From the NCBI GenBank assembly GCA_007122875.1, contig SKSS01000095.1:1-45328 (forward strand): a stretch of 45,328 nt of DNA. The letters run 5' to 3'. The notes under the pieces were generated by a model. It saw only the letters and a list, made by a program, of their open reading frames with translations. It ran no database searches and had not been told where the DNA came from. This DNA comes from Salinarchaeum sp. Its GTDB lineage: Archaea; Halobacteriota; Halobacteria; Halobacteriales; QS-1-68-20. Position numbers and translations under genes: made by a program. Below are positions 18,965 through 27,427 of this stretch, in pieces; position 1 is the stretch's first letter, and each line of letters opens with the position of its first letter.

Positions 18965-20194
18965 TCAGTGCATCGAGATTGCCGTTGTGGATCGACTGGA
19001 GCCGACGACCGCCAGGAGGTAGAACCCGATTGCAACGACCACGATCGACCCACCCGGCGGGAGGCTCGCGAGGATCGAGAATGTCAGCCCACCGAGTACC
19101 GAGAACTGGCCGAACAGAATCGAGAGAGACAGCGTCTCGCGGAAGCTGGTGGCGATCTGCGACGCCGTCGCCACCGGAACGACCAGCATCGCGGCGACGA
19201 GGATCACGCCCAGAATCTGCATCGCGCCGACGACGACGACGGCCGTCAACACGACCAACAGCGTGTTCTGCAGGTCGACATCGAGTCTGGCGACGCGGGC
19301 GGCCCGCTCGTCGAACGTGATGAACAGCAGCTGTTTGTAGTTGACCGCGACCGCCGCGACGACCGCGACGGTGAGAAGCGCCATCATCCGCGCACCATCC
19401 GCGGTGACGATCGCGAGACTGCCGAAGAGAAAGCCCTCCACGTCGACGGAGATCGGCGCGAACTCGCGTCCCCAGCTGATGAGCAGCGTCCCGACCGCGA
19501 AGGAGCCGCTGAGCACGATCGCGATCGGCACGTCGCCGTAGGAACTCGTGTGCGTGGTCAGCCACTGGAGCCCGAGCGCGACGAGCGCGCTCACGACGAG
19601 TGCGACGAACAGCAGCGAGCCGGTCCAGCCGGTGACGGCGATGACGATCACCCCGACGGCGACGCCCGCGAACGCGGCGTGGGCGAGCGTCTCGCCGATG
19701 AGTGCCATCTGACGGTGGACGAGAAACGCCCCGACCAGTGGGGCAACGACGCCGATGAGGACGCCGGTGGCGACCGCCCGCCAGGTCGAGGGCAGCCAGA
19801 AGACGTTCGTCCCCAGGAAGTGATCGATCCACATGCCGACGACGACGAACTGATCGAACAGCAACCCCGCATACGGCGGAACGAGGGTCCACTCGGGAGC
19901 CATCCGAAGCCAGTCGACGACGATGAACGCGATCATGGCGACGGCGAGGAGTCCGGTGGCTACGATCCCCGCGACCTCGATCCGGTGACGCCACGGGCGC
20001 GTCGCGGTCGTGGTGGGCGATCGATCGTGACCTGATGGGGGATTGCTCACCGTCGGGTCCGAGTTGAGGCCGCCGTCGGCTTCCGGGTCCGAGTCACGAG
20101 TATCGAGTTCCGGTTCCGAGTCGTGCCCGTCGTCGTGGTCAAGTTCCTGACCCTGGTCTGCGCGGTCGTCGGGGGGGTCCGTGCGTTCGGTCAT
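18965..20194 (-). CDS. znuB: metal (Zn/Mn) ABC transporter permease, ABC-3 family, with ~75-aa acidic N-terminal extension
   Basis: 409 aa. ABC-3 permease core (HRQMALIGETLAHAAFAGVAVG..). ATG overlaps the upstream ATPase stop (ATGA). Confidence 0.85.
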   Translation of the reverse strand: MTERTDPPDDRADQGQELDHDDGHDSEPELDTRDSDPEADGGLNSDPTVSNPPSGHDRSPTTTATRPWRHRIEVAGIVATGLLAVAMIAFIVVDWLRMAPEWTLVPPYAGLLFDQFVVVGMWIDHFLGTNVFWLPSTWRAVATGVLIGVVAPLVGAFLVHRQMALIGETLAHAAFAGVAVGVIVIAVTGWTGSLLFVALVVSALVALGLQWLTTHTSSYGDVPIAIVLSGSFAVGTLLISWGREFAPISVDVEGFLFGSLAIVTADGARMMALLTVAVVAAVAVNYKQLLFITFDERAARVARLDVDLQNTLLVVLTAVVVVGAMQILGVILVAAMLVVPVATASQIATSFRETLSLSILFGQFSVLGGLTFSILASLPPGGSIVVVAIGFYLLAVVGSSRSTTAISMH

Positions 20195-20952
20195 GGATGA
20201 TCGTGTTCAAGGATACCGTGTGACGGCCCGTATATCTCGGCGAGTGCGTCGCTTTCGAGGAACGAGACGGTGTCACCGTGGTGGTACAGCGTCCGGTTGA
20301 CGCACGCAACCTTGTTGACGTGCTTGGTGAGAACACCGACATCGTGCTCGATGAGGATGATCGTGATGCCGCGGCGGTTGAGATCGTCGAGCAGGCCGTA
20401 GAACCGATCGCGCGATTCGGCGTCGACGCCGACGGTCGGTTCGTCGAGGGCGAGCAGGTCGGCCTCGGAGGCGAGCGCCCGTGCGATGAACGCTCGCTGG
20501 CGCTGTCCGCCCGACAGGTCGCTGATTCGTCGGTCGCCGAGCGAACGGATGCCGACGGTTTCGAGCGCCGTCGTGACGGCCTCGTGATCCTCGGCGGTGA
20601 GCCGCGACCGACCGGCGTGGGCGAACCGCCCCATCGTCACCACCTCGCGAACCGTGACGGGCATGGCCTCGCCGCGATCGGTCGATCGCTGGGCGACGTA
20701 TCCGATCCGCTCGCCGGCGTCGAAGGTCGACGCCGGTTCGCCGAACAGTTCGACCGACCCGCTGTCCGGCCGGTTGAGTCCGAGCATGAGCTGTAACAGT
20801 GTCGTCTTCCCGGAGCCGTTCGGACCGATCAGCCCGAGGAAGTCGCCGTCCTCGATCGTCAACGAGACGTCCTCGACGGCGACCTTCTCGCCATAGGCGA
20901 ACGTGACGTCCTCGACGGCGACGACGGGGTCGGAACCGTCTGTGGCCGCCAT
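20191..20952 (-). CDS. znuC: metal (Zn/Mn) ABC transporter ATP-binding protein
   Basis: 253 aa from the in-frame ATG at 20952, which overlaps the znuA stop (TGATG). Walker A GPNGSGKTT, LSGGQRQR, LLALDEPT. Confidence 0.85.
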   Translation of the reverse strand: MAATDGSDPVVAVEDVTFAYGEKVAVEDVSLTIEDGDFLGLIGPNGSGKTTLLQLMLGLNRPDSGSVELFGEPASTFDAGERIGYVAQRSTDRGEAMPVTVREVVTMGRFAHAGRSRLTAEDHEAVTTALETVGIRSLGDRRISDLSGGQRQRAFIARALASEADLLALDEPTVGVDAESRDRFYGLLDDLNRRGITIILIEHDVGVLTKHVNKVACVNRTLYHHGDTVSFLESDALAEIYGPSHGILEHDHP

Positions 20953-22355
20953 CACTCTACCCCGAGCGCCGTCCGCAGCGAGGGGAGGTTGATCTCCTCC
21001 ATCTGTTCGACCCACCCGTATCCCTCGTCGCGCCACGCCGGCGTGGTTCCTTCCGCAGGCGTAAGCGGCGCGTAGTCGGTCGCACCCGTGTTCTCGATGA
21101 GCGTCTCGACCGCCGCCGGGACGTCCTCGTCGGGGTCCGGGGCCTCGAAGGGATCGTACAGTATCGTGTCGATGCCGTGCTCCTCGACGACGGCAGCCAG
21201 CTCACCGATGTCTTCCAGCGATTCGGCGGCGTCGGGCGAGACGCCGACCGGCGTGTGGAGTTCGAAGCCGTATCGGGCTTCGAGGTATTGAAACGAGTCG
21301 TGGCCGGCGAACACGGCCACATTCCGATCGGCGTCGTCGACGAGCGCGTCGAACTGTCGGTGGACCTCCTGAACTCGCTCGGTGTACGCTTCTGCGTTCT
21401 CCTCGAACGCGTCCACGTTGTCGGGATCGAGTTCGGCGAGTTCGCCCGTGATCTCGTCGATCACGTCCTGGGCCAGCACGGGATCGACCCAGACGTGCGG
21501 GTCGTAGAACTCGTCGATCTCGTCGTCAGTCTCCTCGACGACCGACACGGTGATGTCGTCGTCCGAGGTGTCGAAGACGATGTCGTCACCGTCCCGCAGT
21601 TCGAAGACGACGAGGGTCTGTCCGTCGTCCTCACCGTGGAACTCGACGTGGTCGCCGTGGGATTCGATTTCGACGATTCCGTCGGGTGCGCCGTCGGCGA
21701 GCCTCGCGGCGATTTGGAACGCCCCGTCCTCGCCGAGCGGTGGAACGCGGCCGTCCGCGTCCTCAACGTGGACGTCGAGCGCGATATGTCCGTCGAGTGG
21801 TACGTCAGGAATCCCGCCGTGCCAGTGGTCGTCGTGCCAGTATGCGGCGACCTCGTCCGTCCGGGGATCGATGATCTCGAACTCGGCCGGGGTGAACTCC
21901 TCCGGGTCGAACTCGTGATCGTCGTCCGGTTCCGTTCGTTCCTCGTCGGCTCCCTGAAACGCGAGGAGATCCTCAGACGAGATCCCCGCCATCCCGTCGA
22001 TCACGGCCACGTCGTCGTGATCGGCTTCGAGTTCGGCGGCGAGATCCTGCGCCCACGAGAACTCCGGGGTATCGAGGTAGACGAACGCGTCCGTCGAGGC
22101 GACCCGGGAGACGATGTCGCCGTCGGGTTCCCACCCGTGACCCATCTCACCCGCTTCGACCGGGTTCTCGAACTCGAAGGCGTCGCCAGCGATCTCGGTC
22201 GTCCAGTCCCACAGCGCGAAGAACGCCGCATATCCGGTCCGATTCCCATCGTCCGAGTCGTCGCCTCCCCCCGGCTCGTCCAGACAGCCGGCGAGCGTTC
22301 CCAGCGCCGCTGCTCCCGCCCCATGCCTGAGCATCGAACGCCGTGTCAGCTTCAT
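20952..22355 (-). CDS. znuA: ZnuA/TroA-type (cluster A-I) metal-binding lipoprotein with ~115-aa inserted His-rich domain
   Basis: 467 aa. Tat signal plus lipobox (RRSMLRHGAGAAALGTLAGC). SBP ligand motifs MGHGWEP, YDPHVWVDP, AGHDSFQYL. The insertion at aa ~158-273 carries HDDHWH and HGDHVEFH. Confidence 0.85.
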   Translation of the reverse strand: MKLTRRSMLRHGAGAAALGTLAGCLDEPGGGDDSDDGNRTGYAAFFALWDWTTEIAGDAFEFENPVEAGEMGHGWEPDGDIVSRVASTDAFVYLDTPEFSWAQDLAAELEADHDDVAVIDGMAGISSEDLLAFQGADEERTEPDDDHEFDPEEFTPAEFEIIDPRTDEVAAYWHDDHWHGGIPDVPLDGHIALDVHVEDADGRVPPLGEDGAFQIAARLADGAPDGIVEIESHGDHVEFHGEDDGQTLVVFELRDGDDIVFDTSDDDITVSVVEETDDEIDEFYDPHVWVDPVLAQDVIDEITGELAELDPDNVDAFEENAEAYTERVQEVHRQFDALVDDADRNVAVFAGHDSFQYLEARYGFELHTPVGVSPDAAESLEDIGELAAVVEEHGIDTILYDPFEAPDPDEDVPAAVETLIENTGATDYAPLTPAEGTTPAWRDEGYGWVEQMEEINLPSLRTALGVE

Positions 22356-22483
22356 GGCGATCAGTCGGTCCCCATCGACTAAAAGTGTTATTATTTTCCC
22401 GATTGTGGTTAATAAGACGTGATTGTTTCCGAGGTCGTGTTAGTAAGGTGTTCGGCCCCGGTCCCCGCCCCCGAGCGCCGTGT

Positions 22484-23806
22484 TCAGCCCTCGATCACGA
22501 CTACCTCGATCGGGGCGGTCTCGTAGTCGACGTGATCGTCGTGGTACAGCTGGAAGACGACCTCGGTCTCGCCTTCCTCCTCGCCGATGATGTGGACGTG
22601 GTCGCCGTGGTAGTCGAACGAGACGATGTCGTCCGCACCCTCGGCGAGAGCGACCCGAAGCTCGTATTCGTCACCGAGCGGAATCTCGTTGCCGTCCTCG
22701 TCCTCGAAGACTGCCCCGAGCGAGACGTTGTCATCGACCGGCACCTCGGGCAGTTCGCCGTGCCAGTGGTCGTCGTGGTGATCGGCGACCTCCTCGTGGG
22801 GGTCGTGGGCCCGGTCAAGGATGTGGACGTCGGCGATCGCGTCGGCGTCGTGGTCACCCTCCTCGTCCGGGTCGGCCGAGACCTGTGCCACGATCGCCGG
22901 CGTCTCGTAGTCGACGTGGTCGTCGTGATACAGCTGGAAAACGACCTCGGTCACTCCCTCCTCCTCCCCGATGACGTGGACGTGGTCGCCGTGATAGTCG
23001 AACGAGACCACGTCCTCCGGTGCTCCCTCGGCGAGATCCACCCGGAGTTCGTACTCGCCGTTCATGACGATCTCGTCGCCCTCGTCGTCCTCGATTGTGG
23101 CTCCGAGCGAGACGGTGTCGTCGAGCGGAATCACGGGAAGATCGCCGTGCCAGTGGTCGTCGTGGACGTACGCGACCGTCTCGTGGGGATCATACGCCCG
23201 GTCGAGGATCTCGAACTCGGCCACGGAGCCGTGGTCGTCCTCGCCTTCATCGCTCACCTGAACGGTGATCGCGTCGGTCTGATAGTCAGCGTGATCGCCG
23301 TGCCACACCAGGAAGACGATCTCAGTTACGCCTTCCTCCTCGCCGATGATGTGGACGTGGTCGCCGTGGTAGTCGAACGAGACGACCGAGTCGTCGGCTC
23401 CCGCGGCGACCGCGGCTTTGAGTTCGTACTCGTCGCCGAGTTCGATCTCGTCACCGCCCTCGTCCTCGACGTACGCCCCGAGCGAGACGGTGTCCCCCGG
23501 TGGAACGGTCGGGAGGCTTCCGTGCCAGTGGTCGTCGTGCATGTACGCCACCTCTTCGTGGGGGTCGTGTGCGCGATCGAGAATCTCGAACTCGCCGATC
23601 CCAATCTCGTCGAAGTGCCCGTCTTGCACCTCGTCGGCGGGGTCGTGGTCGTCGTGGTCGTGATCGTGATCGTCGTGGTCGTCACCATCGTCGTCCGGTG
23701 TCGCCTCGTCGTCGTCGCCGAGACAGCCGGCGAGGCTGAACAGTGCGACCGATCCCGATACTGCGAGGAGCTTCCGTCGCGTCGCGAACTTCGCGTCACG
23801 TTCCAT
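22484..23806 (-). CDS. Tat lipoprotein with three tandem His-rich (HxxHxH) domains, putative extracytoplasmic zinc-binding protein
   Basis: 440 aa. Signal TRRKLLAVSGSVALFSLAGC, then a DHDDHDHDHDDHD linker, then 3 repeats each containing HDDHWH, HGDHVH and a further His patch (WHGDHADY in repeat 1, YHDDHVDY in repeats 2-3). Co-directional, 128 bp upstream of znuA. Confidence 0.8.
   Translation of the reverse strand: MERDAKFATRRKLLAVSGSVALFSLAGCLGDDDEATPDDDGDDHDDHDHDHDDHDPADEVQDGHFDEIGIGEFEILDRAHDPHEEVAYMHDDHWHGSLPTVPPGDTVSLGAYVEDEGGDEIELGDEYELKAAVAAGADDSVVSFDYHGDHVHIIGEEEGVTEIVFLVWHGDHADYQTDAITVQVSDEGEDDHGSVAEFEILDRAYDPHETVAYVHDDHWHGDLPVIPLDDTVSLGATIEDDEGDEIVMNGEYELRVDLAEGAPEDVVSFDYHGDHVHVIGEEEGVTEVVFQLYHDDHVDYETPAIVAQVSADPDEEGDHDADAIADVHILDRAHDPHEEVADHHDDHWHGELPEVPVDDNVSLGAVFEDEDGNEIPLGDEYELRVALAEGADDIVSFDYHGDHVHIIGEEEGETEVVFQLYHDDHVDYETAPIEVVVIEG
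22487..23593 (-). repeat. three tandem in-frame coding repeats (~345-387 bp each)
   Basis: Repeat 1 at 23219-23593, repeat 2 at 22832-23218, repeat 3 at 22487-22831. Each starts (E/D)(F/V)(E/H)ILDRA.DPHE.VA..HDDHWHG. Confidence 0.85.
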
Positions 23807-24026
23807 TAGTATTCACCAGTCCTGTGTTGAGAAGGCTTACTAATTAATATTCCGATCTTATTAACTACTGCTAATATCTCTGAGGTCGTTCACTACGAGA
23901 CTCACGAGCGCCTCCAGTCTGTGTTTTCGTAGTCGAAGGCCATCCGACTGGAAACCGATGATCGATGGAGGCCAACGCTCGTTTCCGGGTCGTTCCGTTA
24001 GAGTGAAACCCTGAGCGGCCGAACCG

Positions 24027-24494
24027 GTGACGTATGCGAACCACGATTGCACCCCTCGGGTGGTCGACGTGAGCGCCGACGCGGAGGGCGGGCAGCGGAC
24101 GATCCGCTGTCTCATCGCCAAGGTCGGACTCGACGGCCACGATCGGGGCGCACACGTCATCGCGCGGGCGTTTCGGGACGCCGGCTTCGAGGTGATCTAC
24201 TCCGGTCTGCATCGCGCACCCGAGGAAGTCGTTCAGGCGGCCGTCCAGGAGGACGTCGATGTCCTGGGGATCTCGATCCTCTCGGGGGCGCACAACACGC
24301 TCGTTCCGAAGGTGATCGACGGGCTAGAGGAGTACGACGCCTTCGACGACACCCTCCTCCTGATCGGTGGGGTGATTCCCGACGACGACGAGGCCGAACT
24401 CAAAGACCTCGGCGTCGCCGAGGTGTTCGGTCCCGGCACGCCCTTAGAGGAGACGATCGAGTTCGTCCGCGAGAACGTCCCCGAACGCCGATGA
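24027..24494 (+). CDS. methylmalonyl-CoA mutase, cobalamin-binding subunit/domain
   Basis: 155-aa ORF (GTG start, true start may be further downstream). B12-binding motif IAKVGLDGHDRGAHVIARAFRDAGFEVIY, GISILSGAH. Confidence 0.85.
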   Translation: MTYANHDCTPRVVDVSADAEGGQRTIRCLIAKVGLDGHDRGAHVIARAFRDAGFEVIYSGLHRAPEEVVQAAVQEDVDVLGISILSGAHNTLVPKVIDGLEEYDAFDDTLLLIGGVIPDDDEAELKDLGVAEVFGPGTPLEETIEFVRENVPERR

Positions 24495-25537
24495 TGAGCG
24501 CCGACGTACAGCCGCTGATCGACGACCTCCTGAACGGAAGTCACCGGGCGCTCGCGCGGGCGATCACGAAGATCGAAAACCGCGACCCCGGCTACCGCGA
24601 CCTCGTCGCCACGCTCTACGAGCACACCGGCACGGCGGACGTGATCGGGATCACCGGCAGCCCCGGCTCCGGAAAGTCGACGCTCGTCGACAAACTCGCG
24701 GAGCGCTACCGCGAGCGCGGCGAGACCGTCGGCGTCATCGGCGTCGACCCGTCCTCGCCCTTCACCGGCGGCGCGGTCCTCGGAGACCGCATCCGGATGG
24801 CCTCGAACGTCGGCGACATGGACGTGTTCTTCCGTTCGATGAGCGCCCGCGGCTCGCTTGGCGGTCTCTCGACGGCTACCGCTGACGCGGTCAAGGCGCT
24901 CGACGCGTTCGGTAAGGACCGGATCATCGTCGAGACCGTCGGGGCCGGCCAGAACGAAATCGACGTGGTGCGGACCGCCGACACCGTCGCCGTGCTCGTC
25001 CCGCCGGGCAGCGGCGACGACGTGCAGATGCTCAAGGCGGGTATCTTAGAGATCGCCGACGTGTTCGTCGTCAACAAGGCCGATCAGGACGGGGCGGATC
25101 GAACGGTCCAGGAACTCTCTGAGATGGTCGAACTCGGGCGTGGGGGCGTCTCAGTCGACGCCGGACACCACGGGCCGGACGCGGTGGACGACATCGGCCA
25201 CGGTCACGGAGACGACGGGGGCTGGACGCCCCGAATCGTCGAGTCGGTCGCGACCCGCGGCGAGGGGATCGAAGACGTGCTCTCGGCGTTCGCCGATCAC
25301 CGGGCGTATCTCGACGAGAGCGGCCGCGCCGCCGACCGGGCGCGCCAACGCTACGCCGAGGAGATTCGCACCCTCCTCAGACAGGACGTCGGCGAACTGC
25401 TGGAGGAGGAACTCGACGCCCACGGGGGGATCGATGATCTCGCCCGTTCGGTCGCCGAGCGTGAGACGAACCCCTACGCGGTCGTCGATCGAATCGTCGA
25501 ACCGATCGAGGCGTGCGTGAGCGATCGGCGCGACTGA
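24491..25537 (+). CDS. meaB: methylmalonyl-CoA mutase-associated GTPase MeaB/ArgK
   Basis: 348 aa from ATG 24491 (ATGA overlap with the previous stop). P-loop GITGSPGSGKST, ETVGAGQ, VVNKAD. The 5' 148 codons of track ORF 24047.. are an Arg-rich alternate frame of the mutase gene. Confidence 0.85.
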   Translation: MMSADVQPLIDDLLNGSHRALARAITKIENRDPGYRDLVATLYEHTGTADVIGITGSPGSGKSTLVDKLAERYRERGETVGVIGVDPSSPFTGGAVLGDRIRMASNVGDMDVFFRSMSARGSLGGLSTATADAVKALDAFGKDRIIVETVGAGQNEIDVVRTADTVAVLVPPGSGDDVQMLKAGILEIADVFVVNKADQDGADRTVQELSEMVELGRGGVSVDAGHHGPDAVDDIGHGHGDDGGWTPRIVESVATRGEGIEDVLSAFADHRAYLDESGRAADRARQRYAEEIRTLLRQDVGELLEEELDAHGGIDDLARSVAERETNPYAVVDRIVEPIEACVSDRRD

Positions 25538-25539
25538 TG

Positions 25540-25980
25540 TCACTTGTCATCCGTTTCGGCCGCCACGTCGACTAAGCAGACCGGAACGTCGACTGTCCGC
25601 AGCACCCGATCGGTCGTCCCGCCGAGCACCGTCTCCGAGAGGGTCCGATCGCTCGTCCGACCCATGACGATCAGGTCGGCGTCGATCTCCGCTGCGACCG
25701 ATCGAATCTCGGCCGCTGGCCGTCCGCGTCGGATCACGGCCCGGACGTTGACATCGTCGCGAACCGTCGCGGACTCGGAGACGATCCGCTCGGCCGCCCG
25801 TTCGAGATCGTCGACCGTCTCGACGTCGAACCGAAGCGGATCGGTCGTGGCATCGACGACCGCGAGCACGTAGACGGTCGCGTCGAAGCGCTCGCCGATC
25901 GCGACGGCGTGTCGAAGCGCCTCGTGGGACGGTTCGCTCCCGTCAGTCGGAACCAGAATCGTATCGTAGTCGACGGTCAT
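25540..25980 (-). CDS. universal stress protein (UspA family)
   Basis: 146 aa from ATG 25980. ILVPTDGSEPS.., ..DLIVMGRTSDRTLSETVLGGTTDRVLR.. Confidence 0.85.
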   Translation of the reverse strand: MTVDYDTILVPTDGSEPSHEALRHAVAIGERFDATVYVLAVVDATTDPLRFDVETVDDLERAAERIVSESATVRDDVNVRAVIRRGRPAAEIRSVAAEIDADLIVMGRTSDRTLSETVLGGTTDRVLRTVDVPVCLVDVAAETDDK

Positions 25981-26028
25981 AGCTGATTCAGTGGTTCGAC
26001 GGACAAAGCCGTTGTCCGTTTCGGGGGT

Positions 26029-26082
26029 CGGCACGACCCGCCCGACGCTGGATACGAACCGGCACGACCCGCCCGACGCTGG
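26029..26082 (+). promoter_or_regulatory. two perfect 23-bp direct repeats (cggcacgacccgcccgacgctgg), 31-bp period, abutting a TATA-like box
   Basis: Copies at 26029-26051 and 26060-26082. tattaa follows at 26083-26088, 25 nt before the hydrolase ATG at 26114, in the divergent usp/hydrolase intergenic region. Confidence 0.5.
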
Positions 26083-26113
26083 TATTAAGCCGGGTGCGGG
26101 TGTACTGACGTTC

Positions 26114-27016
26114 ATGGTACGACGGAAACTGCTGGGGGTAGGAGCCGCCGTCGTCGGGATGGCGGCGACGAACCGGTTCCTTCGACGCGCGCCCGACGAA
26201 CTCCCCGAACTCGACGAGGGGAACGAGCGAACGTTCCGCTGGCGGGGAATGGACATCGCGTACGCCGAGGCGGGCGATCCTGCCGATCCCGACGTGCTGC
26301 TCGTTCACGCGCCGGGACTTGCGGCCTCCGGTCACGAGTTCGACGCCACGTTCGACGCCCTCGCCGAGGAGTATCACGTCATTGCCCCCGACCTACCGGG
26401 ATACGGCCGATCTGACCGCCCCGCGATCCGCTATACGTCGTCGCTCTACGAGTCGTTTCTCGCGGACTTCGCTCGTGCGATGACCGAGGATGCGGCCGTC
26501 ATCGCCGCTGGACACTCCGGTGCGTACACTGCCCGGATCGCGACCGAAGTCGGGTTCGATCGGCTCGTTCTCGTCGCGCCGACGACCGGCCGCGACCGCG
26601 AGCGACCGTGGATGCGCGCGCTGCTTCGAACGCCGCTGGTCGGCACGAGCCTGTACAACGTCGCCGTGAGCGCTCCCGCCCTCCGACGACAGAGCGCAGG
26701 GAGCGACGGCGTCGAATATCGCTGGCTGTCGGCACACCTTCCCGGTGCGCGCTACGCTCCGTCGGCGCTCATCGCTGGCGACCTCGATCCGGACGCCTCG
26801 CTCGGATCGATCCTGGCGGGCGTCGACGTGCCGGTGACGCTGGTATGGGGCCGGGGAGCGACGGACCCGCCCCTGACGGCGGGCCATCGCCTCGCCGAGG
26901 AGGCCGACGCGACGCTTCTCGTGGTCGAGGGGGCCGGTGACCGTCCGCAGGTCGAAGATCCCGACGCCTTCGTGGAGGCGCTCGAACGCGCGCTTCCACG
27001 AATCGAGGAGGAGTAG
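26114..27016 (+). CDS. alpha/beta-fold hydrolase
   Basis: 300 aa from ATG 26114. LLVHAPG.., PDLPGYGRSD, nucleophile elbow AGHSGAY. Confidence 0.8.
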   Translation: MVRRKLLGVGAAVVGMAATNRFLRRAPDELPELDEGNERTFRWRGMDIAYAEAGDPADPDVLLVHAPGLAASGHEFDATFDALAEEYHVIAPDLPGYGRSDRPAIRYTSSLYESFLADFARAMTEDAAVIAAGHSGAYTARIATEVGFDRLVLVAPTTGRDRERPWMRALLRTPLVGTSLYNVAVSAPALRRQSAGSDGVEYRWLSAHLPGARYAPSALIAGDLDPDASLGSILAGVDVPVTLVWGRGATDPPLTAGHRLAEEADATLLVVEGAGDRPQVEDPDAFVEALERALPRIEEE

Positions 27017-27040
27017 CGAACACCGCGCTCGTTTTCGTTC

Positions 27041-27427
27041 TCACTGCGGTCGGAAGACGAGCACGGGATCGCCGGTCGTCGCGCGCTCCTCGACGGTGAC
27101 TCCGACCGGAATGCCGACCGAAACCTCGTCCGCGTCGATTCCGCGGACGATGCCGGTCAGCCGCACCGGGCCGAACGAGGCGACCGCGGTGACGTAGGGC
27201 GTGTCGGCCTCGAAGGCGGGCGTGCCGACGTGAACGACCGTGTACGTGTCGATCGTCCCACCGTCCGGGAGCGGTCGCTCTGTCAGGTCGCGCGCGCCGC
27301 ACTCCGGACAGACCCGTCGGGGTGGGAGACTTCCGTGGCCGTCCGGGCAGGCCAGATAGTACCCCTCCCCATCGTCGATCGCCTCGACGAACTCGTCGAA
27401 TCCGGCGTCACGTGCGTCCCCGGTCAT
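27041..27427 (-). CDS. Zn-ribbon / OB-fold protein (DUF35), thiolase partner
   Basis: 128 aa. CPDGHG..CPECG zinc ribbon followed by an OB-fold region. ATGA overlap with the thiolase stop. Confidence 0.8.
   Translation of the reverse strand: MTGDARDAGFDEFVEAIDDGEGYYLACPDGHGSLPPRRVCPECGARDLTERPLPDGGTIDTYTVVHVGTPAFEADTPYVTAVASFGPVRLTGIVRGIDADEVSVGIPVGVTVEERATTGDPVLVFRPQ

Noticed and set aside
18804-20035. 396-aa (minus) and 372-aa (plus) ORFs overlapping znuB
   Set aside because: These are alternate-frame or antisense Arg-rich ORFs. The 18965..20194 frame encodes a clear ABC-3 permease that is translationally coupled to znuC.
21177-23809. 401-aa and 488-aa plus-strand ORFs across the zinc locus
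   Set aside because: They are mirror images of the highly acidic minus-strand genes. Their Val/Asp/Arg-rich products have no signal or motifs, whereas the minus-strand products have Tat lipobox signals and SBP motifs.
22420-23861. Shared GTTAATAAG / CTTATTAAC 9-mer upstream of znuA (22422-22430) and of the His-triad lipoprotein gene (23852-23860) as a metal-regulator site
   Set aside because: It is only 9 bp, lies in opposite orientations relative to the two genes, and is made of TATA-box-like sequence. This is too weak to call without a genome-wide motif analysis.
24047-25537. 496-aa ORF as one protein
   Set aside because: The first 148 codons are an Arg-rich alternate frame of the B12-binding mutase gene. 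MeaB begins at ATG 24491, with an ATGA overlap.
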